Shown here in pieces: positions 37,089 through 50,585 of a stretch of 61,295 nucleotides of DNA (position 1 is the first letter of the stretch; every line of letters begins with the position of its first letter). Both the position numbers and the translations under genes were made by a program. Origin of the DNA: Paraphysomonas bandaiensis (lineage: Eukaryota > Protista > Chrysophyceae); the NCBI GenBank assembly GCA_965644295.1, contig CBFFRP010000262.1, positions 1 through 61,295 on the forward strand, in the 5' to 3' direction. Under the pieces are notes generated by a model, which saw only the letters and a program-made list of their open reading frames with translations, did not search any database and was not told the DNA's origin.

Positions 37089-40000
37089 ATGGCGAGTGAC
37101 AAGCCTCTATCGGGTCCTGTGGATGGAACCAGCAGTCTGTCCTCATTCGAGTGCCATGAGATATCACGCCTCTACAAGCACTTGACTCGAGTCAGGTATG
37201 TGTGCTTACAGCGCAGGGAGGGTGCTGAGAGTGTGTGTGCAGGGGAGGGACGGGCTTGTCTCCTGCTAAGCTAAATGTTGTGACTGAGACTCTCGACAAA
37301 CTACAAGACAAAGTGGGAAAGATTAGAAGTGTGGTTATCAAACCATCTGATGAGGCCACGCTTCACGGTGAGAGAATTATTTCGTCTTTTTATTTTAAAG
37401 TTTGTTGGTATCAGTGTTTTCTCTATGTGCTTTTTTTTCCTTGCGTGAGTTGGTACTCTTCCAATGCCCCCCTTCCACAATAGAGAGCTTTTATGATTTA
37501 AGAGATAAACTGAGAAGAATCGAAATAGTCAACTCCGGAATTCCAGACCTTTGTAAACTCATGGCCCCTTTAAAACGGAAAAAGCTCGCCGGGTTTAAAC
37601 CAATGATACTCAGTGGTGAGTCACCGGGCGTAAAAGCGTCACACATTTGGAGTCAACTTACTTTTTTACGAATGAGAAACTGTGGTATTACAAGACTAGA
37701 TGCTTCTCTTCATTTCATACCCTACCTAGAGCATTTTGACATTAGCCGCAATGATATTTCCTACCTGATTCACCTTCAGGACTGCCACAACTTGAAGGTG
37801 GTAAATGCTTCACACAACCGAATAGCAGTATTATCGAACCTTGGGTGGGTGGTAGGTGGCCTACGGCAGCTGAACCTTGCACACAACTGGATTGAGAGCT
37901 TAGATGGGATTGACAAACTCTCTCACCTAGAGAAACTAGACCTATCATTTAATCGCATTGGCGATGTGCATGAGGCCCTTGTGCTCGCCAAGTTGAAGCA
38001 GTTAAGGGAGGTATCACTAGCAGGCAATGCGATCGCTACCCAACCCAACTACCGGTTGCATGTTTTCTCGCAACTTCTACATGAATGTTCTCTTGACGGA
38101 AGGCCACTACCTCTGCTGGATGGATGTGCAATATCCCCGAGAGAGTCGTATACTATAAAGTAAGCAGGCTTTGTACAGGAAAATGTATATGTTTTATATC
38201 TACCAACCATGCGTGGTATATATTTTTACTCTGCATGTAGCACCCAACTTGCCTGTAAGAATGCTTAATTGACTTCTCCTTGCGTATTATACACAGGGCA
38301 TCTATTTTTTTACCACCAGAGACAGCTACTGGTGATACGGGAGAGGAGTCTCTGGAGGGCGTAGGACGACCGCGCGGAGTACTTATTGGAGGAAGTATGG
38401 TACGAGGCGATGATATACCCATTCACGAGCTGGACAAAATATTTGAAGCGGAGGGTGCTAGGTTTAGAGATGGAGGTCAATCAGATGACTCACCTATACA
38501 GCAGCTTCAGGGAGATGAGATCGGCACTCAGAACCAAATGCACTTCACCTCTCCAACATCTCGCACCACTGGAGGCAGACTCCCAGGAATGAAGAAACGT
38601 ACCCGTGGAGTACGCATAGCGGTGATATCAGATGAGGATGAAAGCACTACAGCTGTGGACATTTCTTCCGCACTGGACGCCATGCATAAGATTGGGGTGA
38701 ACAGCCCTGTAGGGAGGCGGGGAAGTTGGGGACGCAATGGGGGAGTGGTGTTGTCGTCAGCACAATCATCGGCAGACTTCACGCATTCACCGACAGCGAT
38801 ACGTTGTGTGGCGAGTGACAATATAGATTTGGATTCTATAACAAGCCCCTTGAGTGCGTTATCTGCCCTCTCACCTGAGCCTCCTAGGGTTCACACCCCC
38901 ACAGCTACTGGCACAGATGACTCGAGCACGGACCCAGGAGGACGTAGCAATGACGCAGACGAGTGGGCTCGTGATCGCGAACGCCGTGCTAAGCGTCGTC
39001 TTGATATTCTGAGCAAGTTTGACGAGCGACAGAGTGCCTTATCTCGCTCAACATCTTCTCAACATGCAGGTGATGTATTGGAGAATAGTTCGGGACATAG
39101 TTTCGCACAGCGCTCTCCCAGCCGAGATTCAGCGGAGCGAGTGAATGCTTGTGAACCTGTGGAAGATGCGCAAGTAGGCGCAACACATGGTACGAATAAA
39201 GAAGAAGTTCAGTCAGAAGATGACCAGGCCACATCAGAAGTTATCTGTTTGACTACGAATATGCATCCTAGTCAACCTGACTCTGGAGATGTTGACGATA
39301 CTGGTAAACTCGACCTGGCTGGTACTGCCTCAACTGAAGTGGAAGTCAATTTGTTAGATGAGGAACATGACGATTCACTTGAAGATACTGTTGTTCCCGT
39401 CACTCATAATGCGATAGCGGAAAATGTTGACCTTCATCACAGCATTGTAGATGAGGAAACTGTCGATCAAGACACTGCCCAGATCTGTACACCTAGTACA
39501 AGTGTGCTTCCGACTGACAATTCTGTACATGCTGATGCTTTAAATAAACCTACGGACGGAGAGATTGATGTTGATACTTCTGAATTGCGTCATGAAATTG
39601 CATCTCAATCTTCAGACTCCACTATTCCCCCTATTACCCAGGATGTGGATTCAGCATCTGTCTGTCGGCCTCGTCCTGACCGCCCCAGTGCTCTCCAAGA
39701 TACAACTCGCACAGCTTCTCCTCCTGTTTCTCCAACTCGACGATCCGGGATCCCCGTTCCTGTACGCAAAAGCAGATGGGGAAGGAACCAAGCTACATTT
39801 TTAGCTTCAGACAAACCAAACTCCCCGTCTGCGGAAGGAGCCACACCACGAGGTAGCCCGATCAAGGGGGAGGGCACATCCACTGTGTCTCGGCCTCCAA
39901 TTGTGCCAGTGCGGCCGGGTTATTTGCATCAACAGCCGGCTATTCACCGGGCTGAATCTGCCACATCCAGCCAGATGTCTTCCTCTCCGGGATCTGCCGG

Positions 40001-41379
40001 TATTGACACTCTTCCGACCAACTCAAGTAGTGGTTCCAGAGATCATGGTGCTTTCAATCCCATAGCTCATCTGCCCCGTATGGCTAGTGTAGATGGGACT
40101 GAAATATCTTCTGTTTATTCAGGCGATGATCCGCTCGGCTTTTCTTCCAACATGAATGCTGATGTTATGCGGAACTATTCATCGCACAAAAGGGCGACGG
40201 AGGAGGAAGCAGCACGGTTCGCAGCTGCAACCCGCAGCGGAATGAAATCTCCTGTTCCGTCCTACACCGGCTCTGTGGATTTAGAACATCTCTCTGTGAG
40301 TGATAACCTCGAGTCATACTTTAATGAGCAAGTGTTTGGCCACGGTAGACCCTCCGGTGATGCTCCCTACATGCGGTATGAATTCACAACGGACCCCCGA
40401 CATTGTTCATCTCCTCGGGGAGACAATGAGGTGTATGTAGACCGCCCACTGAAACCAGAGAGGATAGTGGGCTTCTACAGAGAACAATGTGTGGAATTCG
40501 GTACTGCGGACCGAAGAGATCGAAATATAGATGGAGATGTACCGGGCCCCGAGCCAATGGTCTTTGTGCTGACAGATATTAATTTTTACGTGGTGCTTGA
40601 TAATTTTTCTAGTGTCCAGAAATTTGCAGACGCCCCGCTTCCAGTGCTGAGACGTGTGCATCCGCTGGAGACACTCAGGTTATATATGCATCGTTATTAT
40701 TGGCTACTGTTATGTTGACTTGCATTTGTCTTTGGTGACTAGGTCTTGTACACTTTACTTTGGTTTTCAGCGTTGCTCGTTGGAGTTCTGTGACGATGAC
40801 ATGGATTATATGACGAGGAATAGGCGGAGCAATGATACACCAACTTCGGCATCCTATATCATCATAACTAGGGATAAATCAAGAACACATCCAATTATTA
40901 CTGCCGCCCCGCAACATGCAAATGCTTTGAGGCTTGCGCGGGAGCCTCCGTTGAGCAAAGTATATCTTCAGAACAAGGATGCACAGCTTCTAGATGCGGT
41001 GTCGGATATGGTACATAGTGTCGGTGGTGACGAGTCTGATATTGTACACTACCAGATGCTCTATCAGATATGGAAGCAGAAACCTGGTATAGCTGTTCCA
41101 AGGACGTTCATCATCACTCCTAGAATGTTTCTGCTCTGCGACGAAGATGTATCTAGCAGAGATGTTATAATAAAACTTGTAGATAGTGTGATGATTAAGG
41201 ATATTCATAAGGTTCGACCGGAAGATGATCCTCTAAAACTGTCGCTTATTATGAAACCTGCTGGAATGTCTTTCTCAAAGAGAAAATGGCGAATGCTTGC
41301 AGATACAAGTATGACGATGTCTCGTGTACTAGACGAAATACGCAAAGCTCTGGCGGAGGGGGGAGGCGTTGATGTATAG
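37089..41379 (+). CDS. LRR protein with long disordered linker and C-terminal PH-like region (nischarin/STK11IP-like)
   Basis: LxxLxLxxNxI repeats ending in LAGNAIATQPNYRLHV; C-terminal PRTFIITPRMFLLCDED. Confidence 0.75.
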
Positions 41380-41789
41380 TAAGTTTCTTTCGTTGTTCAG
41401 GAACTCGTGAATCGGTCGTTTGTAATAATTTAGTGATGTACGATAACCGCGTTTGCACGAATGTTTAATTAAATAGATACCAAAGTAACTATATTACCAG
41501 TTCTTGGACTATCCACTGAAGTAGGTCGTAAGTTGTGTATACTGTACACGTGCGTTTTCTCTGAAATAGTGTCGATTCATCAACGAGATGTTTCCAGGTC
41601 TTTACTTTCCGTTGAAATCATAAGTGCTTGTGTAATAACCAGCTATGAGCTCTGTATTGTATATGCTTATTCTTGTACATATATATTATATGTTCGAAAT
41701 GATATAAATATTTTTATTGACCTTTTATGAATCATGACTACTGACTACTGAATAATATTATGATATGATAGGCTTACTATTAATATATG

Positions 41790-42645
41790 AGTTGATATAA
41801 CAGCATTCATTCCGATGACACAGCGGTCCTCAATAATTTCTGGTACTCTACTGAGCGATAATCGGATCGGTTCATCCCTAAAACTACCCTTAAAGCACCA
41901 TGCGTACTTAGTCAGAATCACAAAGTCCTTTAATCTCATCTTTGCTTGTAGGGCTTTTTGAACAGTGTAACGTTGTCTCTTTTCAATAGGATATCTTTTT
42001 TGTATCCTTATCCAACTTCAATTCATCATTAGCCTTTATGGTCAAGGAAGGATCCTTTACCTCTCTCGTCCGCGGAATAGCTGTAGGTAAAGCCTTGATC
42101 ATCTGACGCATTGCTCTAGACGATTTCAATTCCATGCATAGAGTGAGCCAGTAGGACTCTCCTACTTGTCGCAAATATTTGCTATAATCCTAAGTGTCCA
42201 GTGCTCTAACATAGGCCGTTATATATCACTAAGAACGCATGGTGTTTTAAGTGTAGTCACAAGGATGAACTGCTCCGATTATCGCTCAATAGAGTACAGA
42301 ATAAGGGGACAGTCATGATGCGTCTGAATATGTATACTGGATGCGTTGGGTACAGTTTTCTCAATGAACAAATGGCTAAACAGATTAGAGATTGGGACGC
42401 CCCAGATGTCAAAATCCCTATGTCATTTATGCAGTTATATTATGATCTGAAAGAGTTAATCAAACACAATACCCCTGACAGACAAACACCTCAGGTGATG
42501 GATGAAGCGATGCGCCCAGGTCATGGATAAAGAGGCTACTTGGGGCTCATTTCTAATAGCAGTCTATGATAAGAAGATAGCAAAAATAGAGAGAACCAAA
42601 CTCGATACTCCCTGGAGTGAAAGCTCATATGGAAGAGCTCATAGT
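41790..42645. pseudogene. Two diverged, inverted, decayed fragments of one unknown gene family
   Basis: Minus strand TKYAWCFKGSFRDEPIRLSLSRV versus plus strand TKNAWCFKCSHKDELLRLSLNRV; broken reading frames. Confidence 0.55.
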
Positions 42646-43130
42646 ATATTGAAAGTCTTATTATTAGCAATAGGCGTTAAAAACCTGCACCAACTTAGTA
42701 GCTAGTTGAATGCTAGACAAACTAGTTAGACCTCTACCTGTAACTAATCAGTACACACTTTTTTATCCTACTATTAAACTCTACGGAAGCTGCTTGTGCG
42801 TCGCCGCAAGCACCAAGGTGAAACCACTTCAGCTCCGAGTTCTTAAGGTAAACATGCCGGATGCTTGACTTCAGCAGGCAGCTTAATACCCCAGTTACCC
42901 TTCAGGTGGGTCCATTCCCGGATCTCTGTTTATTCGTCAAGGCCCAAAGACGTCTACACAAGTGACACTTAATGGTGTCCCTTGTACCACACAAGCATCG
43001 GCTATGAGTGGGCAGAAGAATATCTGCTGAATATGTTTGCGGCTCATGTTTCTTCCCCAGAGAGTATCTCTCCGGTACTTATCCCCCAGAACACCACGAA
43101 AAGGTGCGAGTCCGTCTTTGTTGAGGGCTC
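42640..43130 (-). mobile_element. Retroposon-like 3' fragment, body type 1
   Basis: Conserved motif at 42784-42832; tail closely matches 25290-25425. Confidence 0.7.
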
Positions 43131-44059
43131 ATAGTATAAAATAACCGGATAGTTATTGCTTATTACACCTATGAGATGAAAATAATAATGTATAGGAAAT
43201 AAACAAAAAATTACCAGAATTATATTTTGCCTCTGTTTCATGACACGAAACCAGCTGTATGAACTGGAAACGACATCATGTTAACTGATATGTACTTTGA
43301 TAGTTATGTGAGGATGAAATTTATCATATATGCTCTAAGTGCATTGAAGACACCACAAATACGTGAAGTCAATTCACGACCTGTTTCAGTATCCAGTAAA
43401 ACTGAGTTAGCTTGCCATGGTTGATGTAGATGAAATATACTGTAGTTTCGAATTGTATACAATGAATAGAAGTGTGTGTAGTTGTGATGAAGATGCCAGA
43501 AAAGCTATAGTCCTAGATATTATTTGTATGTTTAAAGTCGACTATAAATCCATGACTATAAAATGAAGTCTATGCAAAATATACATATAGCACTAGGGAG
43601 TGTAGACAACACTGTTTGATTAGATGTATGATATCTTTATAAAATTTCTATGTTCTGTATATTGTACATTGCCTCATATTGCGTAGCTGTCACTATATTC
43701 TTTAAATATTTGAACATATTTGTAATCGATGAATTGAACTATACATCAGTCCCTCCATAACTATTAGTACATAATAGATATACTCTGATACGAACACTAT
43801 ACTATGAGGCATTGGCGTTTCCCCTTCTACACTATAGCTCAGAAGGATAACACACTAAGTGGTGAATGGAACTCCATAAACCACCTTCTCCTACTGCCTC
43901 ATGCAACTCAATGCCTTTCAAAGGTGTATCTCACTGTCAGTTATCTGGGCGAGTATCTTCAGATGCAAGCAGGGTGCTGATAAAATATCTCTGTAACTGT
44001 CACTTCATACGGAATACCGGACTACAGCTCTACGCAATGGTAGATGTATCCCCCCGTAT

Positions 44060-44396
44060 GCTCTGTATGGTGTGTGGTGTATCCCGTATGCTGTATGGTG
44101 TATCCCGTATGGTGTGTGGTGTATCCCGTATGGTGTGTGGTGTATCCCGTATGCTGTATGGTGTATCCCGTATGGTGTGTGGTGTATCCCGTATGGTGTG
44201 TGGTGTATCCCGTATGCTGTATGGTGTATCCCGTATGGTGTGTGGTGTATCCCGTATGGTGTGTGGTGTATCCCGTATGGTGTGTGGTGTATCCCGTATG
44301 GTGTGTGGTGTATCCCGTATGGTGTATGGGGTATCCCGTATGGTGTGTGGTGTATCCCGTATGGTGTATGGGGTATCCCGTATGGTGTATGGTGTG
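44060..44396. repeat. 21-bp minisatellite (TGGTGTATCCCGTATGGTGTG), about 16 copies
   Basis: Direct tandem array with variant units, about 175 bp upstream of the histidine kinase ATG. Confidence 0.97.
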
Positions 44397-44571
44397 CCGT
44401 ACAGTGTAGTGTGGGGGAGCGGGAAGATGCCTGTAAACGTCAGTGCGGACTAATTCGTTCATATCATTCGAAAACGTCACGTGAGGTGCTGCGGCTCATC
44501 ACACGCCGCATGTCGTTAACTATATAGAGACTGTACGCCCGATGGTTGAGGGTTAGCACGAGCAGATAGAG

Positions 44572-47003
44572 ATGCTCACCCGTGATCTTGTGTTTCGGGT
44601 GCTGTGGTTTCTAGAGAACGAACAGGATGACTTCCTCGTTGCTCAGGATGCCTATACGACCATACACTCATGCATCATGCAGTTGAGTGCTGTGGGGGAT
44701 ACTATCTCTCAGTATGAGGATAAACTACAGTCGATTAGTCCTGACAGTGTCATCGAGAGGTCCAAGTGTGCGAGTTATATCATTAAACTGAAGGAGTTGC
44801 ATGCGTGTGCGAGTACACTGATTGAGATCTTGTCTCCTCTTCGAATCAAAGCAGGTCTGAGTGGATATCTCATATCTTTGCTACTGTAATATTTCTTATT
44901 GGTTGACAGAGCGTTTTTGGTTTTGTGGTCCTGTGGACCATACGACCTGCTTGAGTGTCGATAAGAGCGAAATCCACAGATGGAGAGTATTTCGTGATGT
45001 GGATATAAGTGCTAGTTTGAAACTCCAAATCGCGGAATTCAAGGCTGACTGTCGGAGTATTTTGAATTCATATTTTGCAGATATGCTGGAATTATTCGAA
45101 AGAGAGCGACAGTTTCAGGATCAAGAGCTTGAGAAACTAGAGAATAGACCTATCAGGTTACACAATAAGTTGCCGCTGAGTGCACTTGATCAGATATCAC
45201 GGACCTGCAACTCATTCATCAGCACCTCTATGTACCCCTACACTCATATTCACATTGTTGATACTGCGTTTGCCAAGAGACTGGGATATTCGGTTTCTCG
45301 TCTGCTGGCAATGCCGGTTATTACATTTGTTGTTAATACCCGCGAAACAGAAACTATAATAAATGAACTTGTATCTGGCGCAGATAACCCAACTTTAGCA
45401 ATCTTGTTCTATCGCTCAATTACCCGCAAGGTTGTCGCCGTCCATTGGGAAATATCTACGATGGAGATTGATGATATGGTAGTAGGGTGTGGAATTGATA
45501 TCACACAGGAAATAGAATCAACACATTTGGTACGATATATACCTTATATCCTCTCAATTCATGACACCTTTATCCCTAGAAACAGGCAATTGGAGTTCAA
45601 AAGATGCTTCGTCAATGGTTACATAGTATTCGAAATGCGAGTTTTGAACAGCAAGCGCGGGTAATATTAGATGAAACAGCCGCCCTTGAGAGTCGAATAG
45701 ACAATAACTCTTATGCAGATGACTTCAGGGCTATATACGACAGGTACGTCACAGCACTTATTTTGTGAATATATCTAAGAGTTGTGCACAGCATTAATCT
45801 ACTGATTCACACAGCTAAAACCTCTGTTGGGCTGATTGACCAAGCTCTCGATACCACAGGGCTCATACAGCAAATGGCAGTGGTAGACTTCGTTAATAAC
45901 TTAACCTCTTTTCCCCACCACTTTGCCAGTAGCGAGGGAATGGGTGCTGTATACTGTCAGTGTGTCTTCATTCTCAATGGCAAGAGAGTGCAGTCGCATG
46001 AATTCGGAACTCTGTTTGTCACCGGGGAAGTTGTGAACATTCAGTCTGCACTTGAGAACATTATCGCCAATGCTGTGAGGTATATTTTGCATTTGATTTT
46101 TAGTCAGTGAATGTTATGTGTTGGTGGGCAGAACTTCCGACCCAATTTCCGGGATCATTATTGAATTAGAGGTTCAGCAGATGGACAACAAATTGCAGTT
46201 TAGAGTAAATGTGGTTGATAATGCCTCGGGAGGGATGCCGCTGGAGGTGTTCCAATACTTGGAGAGGGAATTGGGCCCTTCGAAGTGTCAGGATGAACGT
46301 AAAAAGGGTAGCGAAACCGTTAATGTAAGTTCTCCTCGCCATGGTGGCTCGCAGATGGGGCTCTGGAATCTGGTAGAGTTGTATCACATTCTGACCCAAG
46401 CTGGAGGAAATGACTTCGATCTGCGTGTGACAACTCAGCGCACAGGGTCCACGGTCTCAATGAGATTCACTATGGACTTAATGGCTCCTGTGACGATCGC
46501 AAAGCTACCGAGTTCTCGGTCTGATCATGAGCATGCCCGGAAGAAACTCAAAGGTGAGGATATCTAGGCTTTCGTATGTTGTATACACTTTTGACCTAGC
46601 AATGTCTATTTCTGACTCGATAACTTGAAATTGTATTGTATTAGGAACTTTGCTTGTGGTGGATGACAGCGTAATTATTAGAAAAATTATTGGGAAGTAT
46701 TTACTTTCTCTGGATTGTGCCTATCAGATATGCAGCGATGGATCAGAAGCTCTGCAGTGGTTCTCATCGAATGCTCGTGAATGCGCAGGAGTGATCACTG
46801 ATTTGGAGATGCCGAAAGTAGGTGGTGATGCATTAATTGCGAGCATAAAGGAAATGTGTCCCACCACCCCATGTGTACTTGTGTCCGGTAACGATATTGG
46901 TGTCGATAAGCTACCCCTTGGTACTATGCGCGCAATTGTTAAGCCAATTACACTGCCAGTGGTGGAATCAATTATCATCGATTTTCTTAGTTTGCAAGAG
47001 TAG
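44572..47003 (+). CDS. Hybrid sensor histidine kinase (PAS-like, HisKA-like, HATPase, receiver), multi-exon
   Basis: H-box-like WLHSIRN, N-box LENIIANAV, DNASGGM, GSQMGL, GSTV; receiver LVVDDS..ITDLEMP..VSGN..KPI. Confidence 0.85.
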
Positions 47004-47267
47004 ATAACTCTGTACCGTAGTTTTGGATTCCAAGGGCGTATGCATGCCAGTTGTTTTGGTATTCTTTCCCATAGGACTATCAAGATCAATATGACATAAT
47101 ACTAGATTTGAAATGTTCTTGATTGAATTCGAGACTTTTTGTGTGCAATTGGTTGGATAAACACGACATCCGATATTACGTCATTGTCACAAAATAATAT
47201 AGTTTTGTTTGTCAACATGTTTGTACTTCGACATTCATTTGGTTGTTTGGTAGTGTACAGTATACTA

Positions 47268-47427
47268 CTACCCGTCGTCAGGGTAGAACTGTAGGTATAC
47301 CGCTGTGTGACTAATTGACAAATGTGGGTTCAGCAATAAATAAAATAATTCACGTTCATGTCCTGTCATTTCTTTGACGCTTTCAAAGTTATGTGTACGG
47401 TAGCAAGTATTAAGGGGTTTCTGTGAT
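47268..47427 (+). pseudogene. Relic of the RPS18 3' coding end and 3' UTR
   Basis: gtcgtcagggtagaactgt and gtgtgactaattgacaaatgtggg...tttctgtgat match 52068-52241. Confidence 0.8.
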
Positions 47428-47684
47428 TTGTGATTTATCAGGGCTGCGTTCCAATTAACTGATTTTCAGTTCTTTGCAATTAACAATTAATTGTCAACTA
47501 TTGATAATGGGACGGCAATTCGTAATTGCAATTATAATTGACTCCAGCATGCTTATGATGCACTTATGCATAAACAACGACATATTACCACCATCCTCTC
47601 TCTATTGGTTATTCTACGACTCAATCTTTTTTATTTATTTGTTCCTTCTTCGCATATATACTATAATCGCTCTCAACAAAGTCG

Positions 47685-49260
47685 GATTCGCATCTTTTGG
47701 TGGTGTTCTGGGGAATAAGTACGGACATATTTCTCCTGGAAACTATGGTGAGTCGCATGTATAGTCAGCAGATATTGTTCTGCTCACTCATAACCAAATT
47801 CTTGTGTGGTACAAAACACTATTTTTTCCCTAAGTTGAAAGAAGCTAACTGAGCAAAGCAAGTATACTCTGTATATATACCATACATGGCATATATTAGC
47901 AACGATGATGGCAGTGTAATTTACAGTCTGAGTCTTCTTCCGAGTGGATTCAGAGAATCCTCTCAGTGCTCTGTATCATATTTGTTTGTTGTGCAATGAT
48001 CGCCTTAAACAAAGTATACAGCGAGGTTACATGACTTGTGTGAATAATATATAGCCAAGAAGAGAAGGGCGCCAAATATTTCTTGGCGAGAGGAACTCGA
48101 GAGAATTTCGGGAAATGAAAGACTTCACACTGGCGATATATTGTCTTTTATAAGAATGAAAGTATCTTCTTACTCCAGATTCTAACTCCAGAAACTTTTG
48201 AAAGCTGAAACAATATTTGACGCAACATGAAAATTACAGAGTGTTACGCTGGCCTTACAAAGAGATGGAACCAATTTGTACCAAGCCCGCCAGAATTTCC
48301 AGAGCTGCATCCATACCTTTCCCCGAATGCAAGCATTGTTGCCAGTGCAAATTTTGAGAAGGCAGTGGCTAAAATTAAAGGGAACGATGAAAGAGAGTTG
48401 ACAGGCCATGAGAGAAGAGCAGTTAGACATGAGAGAAGGGAACTGGATTCATCCATGGAGGTTGGTGTACCCGACAGAAATAACGAGGACGAGAGTGAAG
48501 GAACTGGTTTTGCACAGCGTGTTCTGGACAGCGCCGAGGTCACCAAGAGAGCTCGACTTGGTACCTATGAGTCCAATTACCGCTGCTTGCTTCATTATGA
48601 AGCACAATCTAATGATGTTGAGAGGCTCTTTAGTCGTGCAAAGTTGATTATGACACCTGAGCGTAGAAACATGAATCCATTAATATCGTCTAGAATTGTT
48701 GCTATTCCTACGAGCCAATTACATGTTGTGGGATGTTTATACCCTCCTCCATAAAGCCCTGCAAGAAGATCTTGATATGCCAGTAGAGAGCGAGAAGTAG
48801 TTAAAATTTGTAGTCTGTTATTTAACTAAAAATTAGTAATTAAGGGAGCACAACACTATCTATATTATCTATTATATGAGTGGTTTTAGTAGGTATTAAT
48901 GGCCATTAATGGTCATTATAATTGCGGGGACATTTTTCATTAGTGCCATTATAATTGCGGGGAACTGGACTACCATTAATGGGCCATTAATGGTTACCAG
49001 GCCCTGGTACATGGGACACTATTAAGTTCACTTGTGTAGACGTCATTGGTCCCTATAACGAATAAACAGGCATCCGGAAATGAGCCCACCTCAAGGGCAT
49101 CCGGGGCATTGGACTGCCTGCTGATGTTAATCATCCGCGCTAGTTCACCTTAAGGACAGAGAGTGAAAGTGGTTGCACCTTGGTGCTTGCTGTGACGAAC
49201 AAGCAGCTTTCGTATCGTCAAATAGTAGTAGGTCAGAGTTAAGCACTATTTATTAGTTAA
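47685..49260 (+). mobile_element. Retroposon-like type 1 copy (47685-47815 and 49007-49260) split by an insertion containing a hAT remnant
   Basis: The two halves are contiguous in the copy at 42640-43130; conserved motif at 49164-49212. Confidence 0.6.
48227..49006 (+). mobile_element. hAT transposase C-terminal remnant and right end
   Basis: SNDVERLFSRAKLIMTPERRNMNP dimerization-type motif; end ggttaccaggccctg. Confidence 0.75.
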
Positions 49261-49584
49261 ATTATTTTGCTGCATTAGTTCTGACTCTTTCACTACTACT
49301 ATAAAACTATTATAAGTATACTCTAAATTACACAGTTATGACTGAATTATGTTTGGAGAGATATAGCACTCACTGTAGAAAGTAGAAACACATCAATCAC
49401 CAACACCAATTCTACAAATCGTATCTTTAACCGCTACTATATATATATTCAGTTTTTATATTCAATATCTACGCCAATTATAGTAGCCTATTATATTGTA
49501 TTTCATTGCTGCATAGAATACAGGATAGTTATTAGCGATAGTCTTCAATAAGCTACAAGGTCGTACGGAAGTTGGAGTTGGTTG

Positions 49585-50585
49585 CAGGGCTGCGTATCAA
49601 TTAATTGATTTGCAATTAATTGTCAATTGAAATTGGGGCATCGAATCATAATTGCAATTATAATTGACTCCAGCTCGCTTCAATTAATATTATTGTCAAT
49701 TAATTGCAATTAATTGATATTAAGAAACGCACCTCTTTATGCTAAAAAGTTCATATCTACATAATATCAACTTAGACCAATGTCTGTATTATGATAGGCC
49801 TCTACTTGCTTCTATATCTAATCGTTTGCGGTCATGCGAGTTTGGTTCAGATGTGTTAAGTCTACAGTAATACCAAGTAAAATGGAGCATGCCAAGCTCC
49901 TCGTGCAATTACGGGAGGAATTGGAATTCTTCAACTAGTGTCCATCCAATTACAGAAGGAGGTGAGCACCAGCTCGACCTCCACGACATTCGTATATTGT
50001 TTGACTAACTCACCATTAGGCACTCAATTGTCGAGCGTCATCTGGGCAGCAATACCGCTATTATTCATAACGCTGCTTTCGAAACGGCAGTCGTGAAGAT
50101 TCAATGTGGTAATGAAGCCGCACTAACTCGGACAGAAAAGGATCAAATTAAAATATTTTTGCTCGACGAGGATGAAGAAGATGATGACAGTGAGAGTCTA
50201 GTTCAGGATGACGACGCAGCGCAACGTTTGATTGATGATAGCAGACAGCGGAAGCAAGCACATCTTAACCAGAAAACTTGTTACCGCAGCATGAAGCACT
50301 TACATGCCACAACTAATAAGGTTGAAAGGTTATTCAGTAGAGCTAAGATTGTTATGACGGATTTGCGCCAAGAGTATGACTCCTCGGCATTTAGAGTTAC
50401 TGATGTTTTTACGCATGAACCGTCGCCTCTGGAATGAAAAGACAGTTGAGGTAGCTATATTGGCAGCTAATGTAGTTTAGTATTAAATAATTGTAATTAA
50501 TAGCAATAGTTGAAATTGAACAGCAAGTAATAATTGCAATTATAATTGACTACAACCTGCGTCAATTAATTGCTATGCAGCCCTG
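49585..50585 (+). mobile_element. Non-autonomous hAT element, 1001 bp
   Basis: TIRs cagggctgcgtatcaattaatt / aattaattgctatgcagccctg; perfect 8-bp TSD gttggttg; encodes TTNKVERLFSRAK. Confidence 0.92.

Noticed and set aside
43866-44527. Repeat-peptide ORFs and a CRISPR-like appearance
   Set aside because: The 21-bp units are directly adjacent with no unique spacers, no cas genes are present, and the ORFs are open only because the repeat lacks stops
6289-47003. Non-canonical introns or an alternative genetic code
   Set aside because: The introns I traced fit GT-AG, and conserved genes read normally in the standard code
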